A stretch of 64,000 nucleotides of DNA from Myxococcota bacterium. Lineage in GTDB: Bacteria; Myxococcota_A; Polyangia; Nannocystales; Nannocystaceae. This document shows, one piece after another, positions 57,185 to 64,000 of the stretch (the first letter of the stretch is position 1; each line of letters opens with the position of its first letter). The stretch covers positions 1-64,000 of the forward strand of contig JBCCWC010000011.1 of the NCBI GenBank assembly GCA_039194325.1. Reading direction: 5' to 3'. The position numbers were made by a program, and so were the translations under genes. Below the pieces are notes generated by a model, which saw only the letters and a program-made list of their open reading frames with translations, did not search any database and was not told the DNA's origin.

Positions 57185-58108
57185 GTGGCAGAACGGACCA
57201 TGGTCGCGTCTTCCCGTCGTTCGGCTACGATGGTGGTGATGACCTTGCCCGACGCACTTGCGCCTGGCACCCGGCTCGCGCGGCACTACGTGCTCGGCGA
57301 GCGGATCGGTGACGGCGGCATGGCGCGGGTCTACCGGGCGGAGCACGAGCCCAGCGGTCGTCCGGTGGCGATCAAGATCTTGTCGATCCGGGCCGAGCGT
57401 TCGCCCGAGGTGGCGGAGCGCTTCGTGCAGGAGGCTCAGCTTGCCTCTCGGGTGGCGCACGAGCACGTGGTGGAGATCCTCGAGCTGGGGCAGACCGACG
57501 ACGGGCGCCCCTTGATCGTCATGGAGCTGCTCGAGGGCGAAGAGCTCGGGGTCACGCTTGCTCGGGAGGCTCCGCTGACGGGCGAGCGTACCCGGGCGCT
57601 GCTGGTCCAGCTGCTCGGCGCGGTACAGGCGGTGCACGACCAGGGGATCATTCACCGCGACATCAAGCCCGATAACCTATTTCGGATCCCGCGGTCGGGC
57701 GGGGGGGAGACGCTCAAGATCTTCGACTTCGGGATCGCCAAGATCCACGAGGACGACCCGGGGGCCAAGCCGCTGACCCTCATTGGTCAAGTGCTCGGTA
57801 CGCCCGAGTACATGTCGCCCGAGCAAGGGCTGGGGTCGGATATCGACATCCGGTCCGATCTCTACTCGGTCGGGATCCTCGGCTACGAGATGCTCACCGG
57901 CGTGCCGCCCTTTCGGTCGGACTGGCCGGCGAAGATCCTCGTCTATCACCGCAAGGAGCCGGTGCCCGCGATGCAGGACGTCGCGCCCGGGGTGGTGGTC
58001 GAGCCCGAGCTGGAGGCGGTCATTGCTCGGGCGCTGGCCAAGCAGGCCAAGGATCGCTTCGAGTCGGCGCAGCAGTTTGCGCAGGCGCTGGTGGCCGTGG
58101 GTGCGTAG
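57185..58108 (+). CDS. Stand-alone Ser/Thr protein kinase domain
   Basis: IGDGGMARVY, VAIK, HRDIKPDN, DFGIAK and GTPEYMSPEQ. Stops right after the kinase domain; the start could be 57200-57239. Confidence 0.92.
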   Translation: MAERTMVASSRRSATMVVMTLPDALAPGTRLARHYVLGERIGDGGMARVYRAEHEPSGRPVAIKILSIRAERSPEVAERFVQEAQLASRVAHEHVVEILELGQTDDGRPLIVMELLEGEELGVTLAREAPLTGERTRALLVQLLGAVQAVHDQGIIHRDIKPDNLFRIPRSGGGETLKIFDFGIAKIHEDDPGAKPLTLIGQVLGTPEYMSPEQGLGSDIDIRSDLYSVGILGYEMLTGVPPFRSDWPAKILVYHRKEPVPAMQDVAPGVVVEPELEAVIARALAKQAKDRFESAQQFAQALVAVGA

Positions 58109-58643
58109 AACACCGAGGGGCTTTCGATGGTTTTCTTCAGCGAGCAAGTGTGAAGTCGTATGATTTTCTAAGGTCGTGTCATGTTGGTTCGTGCACGTAT
58201 CTGGTGCTGGATAGCCGCCCGCTTTGGATCGATGATTGGGTCACTCGGTAGATCGACCGATGAGGTGGTGTCGTACACACGTAGGGGCCCGTAGACCTCA
58301 ATGCGTGTGGATTCACATAGAGCTTGCGCTGGGTTCGATTGGGCGATTCTTCTGACCAAGCAATCGATCTAAACCGGTCCCAAACCGAGCCCAACGCAGA
58401 GCAAATGCTTGCTGGTGCGCCGCGAGAGGCGTACGGGTAGATGCTCCATGAGCGGGCTTGTCTCGTTCACGGGTCCTAGCGCTCATCGAACGCGAAGGCT
58501 CGTCGTGCAATGGCTCGAGTCCATCGATCGCACGGTCGAGCTCCGACGACGTTCTGCGCCGGTTTTCGCTGGAGTTGTGGAGTTCCCTGAAGGATGTGAA
58601 ACCTGACGCACGAAGCTCGCGAGATCGAAGTGCTCGACTTTGC

Positions 58644-58658
58644 TGCGAATGCATCTCA
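58644..58658. promoter_or_regulatory. Possible Fur-family box upstream of the heme-protein operon
   Basis: TGCGAAT-G-CATCTCA is an imperfect 7-1-7 palindrome with 3 mismatches to TGAGAAT-N-ATTCTCA. Confidence 0.25.
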
Positions 58659-58727
58659 TACATTCCCCTAAGCTCGCTGTAGCTTCGAAGCACGATGGTC
58701 CGATCTCCAGCCATAGGGAGTCCCGCG

Positions 58728-60146
58728 ATGAAGAGTCTGAGTGCTTCTGGCGCACCCCCGCACGAGGTTCCACGCCAGCGTGGGCGCCGTGGTGGACGGA
58801 GGTGGAGCCCGTCCGGAGCGCTGATGCTCGCGCTGGTCGTCGGATGCTCGGCGAGCGGGGCCGGCGATGTATCGACCGATACCGAGGCTACGACCTCTGG
58901 TTCTGGCAGCGAAGGCGAGACCGAGACCGGCGACCGCAGCGCGTTCACTCCCGGCGAGATCGACACGATTCTCACCTGGCTCGGACCTCTGCCGCCGGCT
59001 CCTCCGCCCGATCCGACCAACGCCTATGCCGATGATCCCGGCGCCGCGGCCTTTGGTCAGGCGATGTTCTTCGAGACCGGCTTTAGCGGCAACGGCATGG
59101 TCTCGTGCGCCACATGCCATGTGCCGCAGATGGGGTTTGCCGACGGGCAGGAGGGCACCTCGGTCGGGATCGAGCGCACTGGGCGAAGCACGATGTCCGT
59201 GTTCAACAGCGGGTATGGAGCGGCGTCGGAGTCCCAGACCAATTGGCAGTATTGGGATGGTCGCTGCGACTCTCCCTGGTGCCAGGCTCTGACCGCGGCG
59301 GAGAACGAGATCGACATGGGCGGTGCGCGATCCGATGTCGCCCTGCTCATCTTCGATCAGTATCGTGCCCAGTACGAGGCGGTGTTCGGGCAGATGCGCG
59401 AGCTGCGGGACGCCGAGGGAGCGCCGGTGGTCCCGGCGGGGTCTCGCCCGGGCGATCCGCAGTGGGATGCGCTCGCGCCGGAGTTGCGCGACGACGTGAC
59501 GCGGATCTTCGTCAACTTTGGCAAGGCGGTGGCGGCCTACGAGCGTCGGTTGGTCAGTCGTGACTCCCGGTTCGACCAGCTGTGGGAGGAGCTGGCCGGC
59601 GGGGCCGAGGACAGCGACGCCCTCACCGCGCAGGAAAAAGAGGGATTGCGGGTGTTCATCGGCAATGGGCGCTGCCTTGGATGTCACGGCGGGCCCAATT
59701 TCACCGATGGCCAGTTTCACAACATCGCGGTCCCGCAACAGGGTACCGACATCGCGCCCAGCGATCCGGGCCGGGCCCAGGGCTTGGCCACCGTGCTCGA
59801 GCAGGAGTTCAACTGTGCGGGTCCCTGGAGCGATCACCCCGACAAGGGGACGTGTGCGGTCTCTACGTTGGGGGCGGCGACCGGCGAGCTCGGTGCGTTC
59901 AAGACGCCCAGCCTCCGCGGGGTTGCCTCGACCGCTCCCTATATGCACACGGGTAACTTCGCCACGCTCGACAGCGTGATGATCCATTATGACTTCGGCG
60001 GCGCTGCGGCCGGTACATTCGACGGGACTCGGGACGAGCTCATGCGCCCGGTGGGGCTCAGCGCTGCCGAGCGGAGCGCGCTGGTCGCGTTCATGGAGGC
60101 GCTCGAGGGCGAGCCGCTGGATCCTGCGCTCATGAGCGCCCCATGA
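58728..60146 (+). CDS. Di-heme cytochrome c peroxidase superfamily lipoprotein (MauG/MbnH-like)
   Basis: RBS AGGGAG, lipobox VVGC, SCATCH and RCLGCH heme motifs, QYWDGR, NFTDGQFHN and FKTPSLR...TAPYMHTG. Confidence 0.92.
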   Translation: MKSLSASGAPPHEVPRQRGRRGGRRWSPSGALMLALVVGCSASGAGDVSTDTEATTSGSGSEGETETGDRSAFTPGEIDTILTWLGPLPPAPPPDPTNAYADDPGAAAFGQAMFFETGFSGNGMVSCATCHVPQMGFADGQEGTSVGIERTGRSTMSVFNSGYGAASESQTNWQYWDGRCDSPWCQALTAAENEIDMGGARSDVALLIFDQYRAQYEAVFGQMRELRDAEGAPVVPAGSRPGDPQWDALAPELRDDVTRIFVNFGKAVAAYERRLVSRDSRFDQLWEELAGGAEDSDALTAQEKEGLRVFIGNGRCLGCHGGPNFTDGQFHNIAVPQQGTDIAPSDPGRAQGLATVLEQEFNCAGPWSDHPDKGTCAVSTLGAATGELGAFKTPSLRGVASTAPYMHTGNFATLDSVMIHYDFGGAAAGTFDGTRDELMRPVGLSAAERSALVAFMEALEGEPLDPALMSAP

Positions 60147-61072
60147 CACCCCATGGTCTACCGATGAGCCGACAACTCTCTATAGCCCGATCTCTAGTCG
60201 CCGCATGGCTCGGGCCGGTCGTGGCGATCTCGCTCTTGTCGGCGCCGGTCAGTGCGTGGGCCAAGCCCGCGAAGGGGGTGGAGGGTGATGGCGCCGCTTC
60301 GGTCCCGACGCCGAGCGACGAGGATCGACAAAAGGCGCAAAAGCTTCGTACGGATGCCCAGCGCCGGTTCGCCGCGCAGGACTACGAGGGCGCGATCGAA
60401 GCCTTCGAGGGTGCTCATGCGCTGGCACCCGATCCCACCGATCTGTTCAACATCGGTCGGGTCTACGAGGAGCAGGGCGATCTCGCGCGAGCGCTCACGT
60501 ACTATGAGCGATTCTCCCGCGAGCCGCGGCTCGAGCTCGGCGAGCGGCAGGCGGCGGCCGAGCGGATCGAGGTGCTGCGGGTCCTGGTCGAGCCACCGTC
60601 GTCACCGCCGGCGCACAAGTCCGTCTCTGACCCGGGCCCGGGCCCCACGCGTAGGTCCGATTCCGCGATCGATTCCCCGGCGGCTCCGCCCACTGATGAT
60701 CGATCTCGCCGGGCCGTGTCGCCGCTGGTGGTAGGGGGATCGGCGCTCCTCGGGGCGGGCGCGGCCGTGGCGATCGCGGGCGGGGTGGGGTTTGGCGTCT
60801 CGGCCCGGCGGGTCGGCGAGACCATCGATTCGCTCGACGAGGGGAGCAACCCGGATCGGCTGTCGTTGGCGCAGGCCGAGGACCAGCATGCACGGGGGCA
60901 GAACCTCGAGGCGCTTCAGATCACGTTCATCGTCACGGGAGCCGCCGTGGCCGCGGCGGGGGCGGGGCTGCTCACGGCGGGGCTGCTCAAGCAGCGTCGC
61001 GCTCGGCTCCAGGCGCTGGCCCCGACGCTGAGCCCGAGCATGGTCGCCTTGCATGCGGCGTGGAGGTTTTGA
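60143..61072 (+). CDS. Secreted TPR protein with Gly-rich C-terminal helices and terminal LHAAWRF
   Basis: ATGA overlap, signal peptide, and FAAQDYEGAIEAFEGAHALAPDPTDLFNIGRVYEEQGDLARALTYYERF. Confidence 0.85.
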   Translation: MTPHGLPMSRQLSIARSLVAAWLGPVVAISLLSAPVSAWAKPAKGVEGDGAASVPTPSDEDRQKAQKLRTDAQRRFAAQDYEGAIEAFEGAHALAPDPTDLFNIGRVYEEQGDLARALTYYERFSREPRLELGERQAAAERIEVLRVLVEPPSSPPAHKSVSDPGPGPTRRSDSAIDSPAAPPTDDRSRRAVSPLVVGGSALLGAGAAVAIAGGVGFGVSARRVGETIDSLDEGSNPDRLSLAQAEDQHARGQNLEALQITFIVTGAAVAAAGAGLLTAGLLKQRRARLQALAPTLSPSMVALHAAWRF

Positions 61073-61076
61073 TGTC

Positions 61077-62030
61077 ATGACCGGACGGCAAGTGACCCTC
61101 GCGAACCTCGCGATCCTCGGCAGCTTGGTCCTCGTGACCCCGCTGGGTGCGTGCTATCGGGCCGAGCTCGATCCCGAGGCCCTGGGGGTCTATGTGTGTG
61201 AGCAGGACACTGATTGCGCGCTGGGCAGCGCCTGTATCGATGGGGTCTGCGACGACCCCGATCGATCCGACGACATCGCGCTGCTCGTCCAGTCCCCGGC
61301 GGCGCTCGACGTGTTCCCGGTGCAGAGCACGGGGGCGGTGCCTCTGACGATCGGGGGGCGCGGCGTGGTCCTGACCTCGGAGCTCGACGACGCGCCTGGG
61401 GCGGGCTACATCGAGGTCTCCCTGGATGGTGCCTTGGTCGACACGATCACCGAGGGCGATCTCGAGGCGGGGATCGAGCTCGACTCGGTGGCCTTTCCTC
61501 GTGAGCCGGGGCTGCACCACATCCGCCTGGAGGCGCGTAGCGCCGACGGCGAGCCGCTGGGGCGTGACGGGGTGAGCACGTCGACGGCGTTTTGGATGGA
61601 CGATGGCCAAGAGCACGTGGGGATCCTCGACCCGGCGCCCGGGACCCAGCTCGAGCTCTCCGCCGACACCGGGCTTGCTGTCGAGGTCGCCAGCTTGAAT
61701 TTCACCTTCGCCAACCCGGGGTTCTCGGCGCCCGAGGATCTGCAGGCCGAGCGCCTGGGCTACGTCAGCTTGTTCCTGAACACCGAGATCCCCAGCTGTT
61801 TGCCCGATTGCAACTTCGACTATCAGACGACCATCGTTCCCGCGGGCCTGAGCCGGGTCAACCGGATCAAGGTCGAGCAGGTGCTCGACCTACCGGAGGA
61901 GATCGGCACCACGCAGGTGCAGATCGTAGCCCAGACGATGGCCAATGCCCCCTATCACCGCGAGGCGGGGGCCGGAGAGCTCGTCTATCACATGGTGCCC
62001 GTGCAGTCGGTCGTGAGGGTGGCTCCATGA
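61077..62030 (+). CDS. Lipoprotein with an N-terminal Cys-rich minidomain and two Ig-like beta domains
   Basis: RBS GGAGG, lipobox LGAC, CEQDTDCALGSACIDGVC, then beta-rich segments (YIEVSLDG, GLHHIRLEA). Confidence 0.8.
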   Translation: MTGRQVTLANLAILGSLVLVTPLGACYRAELDPEALGVYVCEQDTDCALGSACIDGVCDDPDRSDDIALLVQSPAALDVFPVQSTGAVPLTIGGRGVVLTSELDDAPGAGYIEVSLDGALVDTITEGDLEAGIELDSVAFPREPGLHHIRLEARSADGEPLGRDGVSTSTAFWMDDGQEHVGILDPAPGTQLELSADTGLAVEVASLNFTFANPGFSAPEDLQAERLGYVSLFLNTEIPSCLPDCNFDYQTTIVPAGLSRVNRIKVEQVLDLPEEIGTTQVQIVAQTMANAPYHREAGAGELVYHMVPVQSVVRVAP

Positions 62031-62596
62031 ACAAGCGCTCACCAAGGGGCGTGATCCCCCCGGTCCTGTTCGTCCTCATCGGCCTGGCCGCGTGCGCCGA
62101 GCCCGAGCGATTCGAGCGCGCGTCGGGGGAGGAGGGGACGATGGAGACCGGCGACCCCGATGACCCCGATGACCCCGAGGTGGACGAGGACGCGATCCTG
62201 GCTCAGGCGATGGCCTACGAGCAGGAGCTCACGCTGCTGACCCCCGAGCCCGAGCTGTCGGAGACCCACTCGGATGCGGCCAGCGTGCGCGTGTGGGGCT
62301 CGTCGAGCGCGGCCGAGCTGTTTTCGTCGATCGATCCCGACGACCCGACCCAGGAGGTCTCGTTCGCCGAGGGCGACATGTTCGTCAAGGAGCACTTCGA
62401 CGAGGCCGGTGAGGTCAACGGACTCACGGTGATGTTCAAGGGCCCCGAGGGCTACGATCCGGACGCACGCGACTGGTACTGGGCGCGGATCCGCGGGGAC
62501 GAGTTGACCCATTCCGGTCGAGTCCAGTGGTGCATCGACTGCCACGAGGCCGCCTTCAACAGCGATCTCGTGGTCGGGTTCGGGAAGAGCCCATGA
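62027..62596 (+). CDS. Cytochrome P460 / c'-beta family lipoprotein
   Basis: ATGA overlap, lipobox LAAC, FAEGDMFVKE, VMFK..GYDP...DWYWA and C-terminal CIDCH...DLV. Confidence 0.85.
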   Translation: MNKRSPRGVIPPVLFVLIGLAACAEPERFERASGEEGTMETGDPDDPDDPEVDEDAILAQAMAYEQELTLLTPEPELSETHSDAASVRVWGSSSAAELFSSIDPDDPTQEVSFAEGDMFVKEHFDEAGEVNGLTVMFKGPEGYDPDARDWYWARIRGDELTHSGRVQWCIDCHEAAFNSDLVVGFGKSP

Positions 62597-64000
62597 GCGC
62601 GCGGATCGTCGAGTCGGCCGCCGCGCAGCTGACCGAGCTGGCCTCCATGAAGGGCGAGGTCTTGGGTGGGCGCTACACGATCACGCGGCGGCTCGCGCAG
62701 GGAGGTGTGGGGGTCGTCTATCTGGCGTCTGATGCCCAGGGGTCGCAGCCGGTGGTCATCAAGCTGCTCGGTCCCCACGCCCAGGACGATCCCGAGGCGG
62801 TCGCGCGATTCGAACGCGAGGCCCGGCGCCTGAGCGCGATCACGCATCCGAACGTGGTGCGCATGCTCGACCATGGGTACTACGAGGGGCGTGCATACCT
62901 GGTGATGGAGTACCTGCACGGTGAGGTCCTCGAGGCGCGCCTGCGGGCTCGCGGGGCGCTCTCGCTGCCCGAGGCGGTGTCGATCACCGCGCAGCTGCTC
63001 GACGCGGTCGGTCAGGCGCACGTTCACGGCATGATGATCCGGGACATCAAGCCCTCCAACATCATGCTCTGTGAGCGCAGCGGGCGAACGGATCATGTGG
63101 TCCTGCTGGATTTTGGCCTGGCCAAGCTCATCGACGAGGGCACCGCCGACATCACCCGCAGCCGGATCGTTGGCACCATGGGCTACATTGCCCCCGAGGT
63201 GCTTCGCGGGGGGCCGGTGGATCTTCGGGTGGATGTCTATGCGATCGGCGTGATGCTCTATCGCATGCTCAGCGGGCGGTTTCCCTTTACGGGGGACAAC
63301 GATGCCGCGGTCTTCTTCCAGACGGTGCACGTCGATGTGCCCAACCTGGTCGAGCTGCTGCCGCTGTACCACGGCGTGCCCGAGGGGCTCGTCGCGCTGG
63401 TCCATGATTGCCTACGCAAGGAGCCACAGGGCCGCCCGGCGGACGCGGCCGAGGTGATGGAGCGGTTGGTCGACTGCGTGCCCGCGACGCTGCTGCCGGG
63501 GCCGCCCGCGGGGGCGACCGAGGTCTCGCCTCGGGTTGCGGGGCCGCTTCGGGGGGCGACCGAGGTCTCGCCCCAGATGCCGTCGACTCCCGTGTCGACT
63601 CCCGTGTCGACTCCCGTGTCGTCCTCGGCGTCGGGACGCCCGCGTCGTCAGGTGGCGGCCGCGATCGCCGTGGCGGTCGTACTCCTCGGTGGGGGAGGGC
63701 TGCTTTGGGGCTGGGCGGCTCACGATCCGAGCGAGGTCGAGTCGGCGGAGGTCGAGTCGGCGAAGGTCGAGTCGGCGGAGGTCGAGCCGGCCGCAGAGCA
63801 TCCCGGGGACGTGCGGGTGCAAACCTCCGTCTCGCCCGCAGCGACGGATCCGACCGCGGACGCGGTGGATCCGCCCGATACGGCGCAGGAGCTCGATCTC
63901 GCAGACGGCGAGCCGCGCGAGCAATCGAGCGAGACCGTGGTGGTGTCGCCGGGCGTTGCGAGTCCCGAAGCTCCGTCGCCCCCGATGGTGGTCGCTGACG
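62593..64000 (+). CDS. Transmembrane Ser/Thr protein kinase; runs off the window end and is absent from the ORF track
   Basis: ATGA overlap at 62593. Hand translation gives GRYTITRRLAQGGVGVVY, VVIK, RFEREA, MIRDIKPSN, DFGLAK and GTMGYIAPE, then TM VAAAIAVAVVLLGGGGLLWGW and an acidic/Pro-rich linker. Confidence 0.9.
   Translation, partial: MSARIVESAAAQLTELASMKGEVLGGRYTITRRLAQGGVGVVYLASDAQGSQPVVIKLLGPHAQDDPEAVARFEREARRLSAITHPNVVRMLDHGYYEGRAYLVMEYLHGEVLEARLRARGALSLPEAVSITAQLLDAVGQAHVHGMMIRDIKPSNIMLCERSGRTDHVVLLDFGLAKLIDEGTADITRSRIVGTMGYIAPEVLRGGPVDLRVDVYAIGVMLYRMLSGRFPFTGDNDAAVFFQTVHVDVPNLVELLPLYHGVPEGLVALVHDCLRKEPQGRPADAAEVMERLVDCVPATLLPGPPAGATEVSPRVAGPLRGATEVSPQMPSTPVSTPVSTPVSSSASGRPRRQVAAAIAVAVVLLGGGGLLWGWAAHDPSEVESAEVESAKVESAEVEPAAEHPGDVRVQTSVSPAATDPTADAVDPPDTAQELDLADGEPREQSSETVVVSPGVASPEAPSPPMVVAD

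Noticed and set aside
58728..62596. Methanobactin, methylamine dehydrogenase or nitrification gene cluster
   Set aside because: No mbnABC/mbnT, mauAB, hao or amo genes are visible; only the enzyme families are shared.

Overview
Very GC-rich (roughly 70% by eye) bacterial chromosomal DNA. Five Hanks-type Ser/Thr kinase genes, TPR proteins ending in a 'GRF/WRF' strand, and Gly/Thr- and Cys-rich lipoproteins point to a myxobacterium, probably Nannocystaceae-like (inference). About 47 CDS are supported. Housekeeping genes: DUF3516-type helicase, greB, rnhA, radC, UvrD/Rep helicase, fused 2-oxoacid dehydrogenase E1, acyl-CoA dehydrogenase. Envelope genes: a putative lipid-carrier glycosylation cluster (mutase-like flavoprotein, GT2, deacetylase, two GT-C-like membrane proteins), S55 peptidase plus beta-propeller, alpha-2-macroglobulin plus PBP1C, and PLD. 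Signalling genes: kinase-TPR pairs, an FHA protein, and a STAND kinase/His-kinase plus hybrid kinase. I saw no rRNA, tRNA, CRISPR array or intact mobile element. The best candidates for undescribed systems are: (1) a tightly packed, largely translationally coupled operon at 58.7-64 kb joining a MauG/MbnH-type di-heme enzyme, a TPR protein, a lipoprotein, a cytochrome P460-family lipoprotein and a membrane Ser/Thr kinase; (2) a recurring kinase + TPR/beta-signal module that could span the envelope; (3) a glycosylation cluster with an embedded degenerate kinase. Short tandem repeats are unusually frequent. All calls come from motif recognition by eye; no searches were run.
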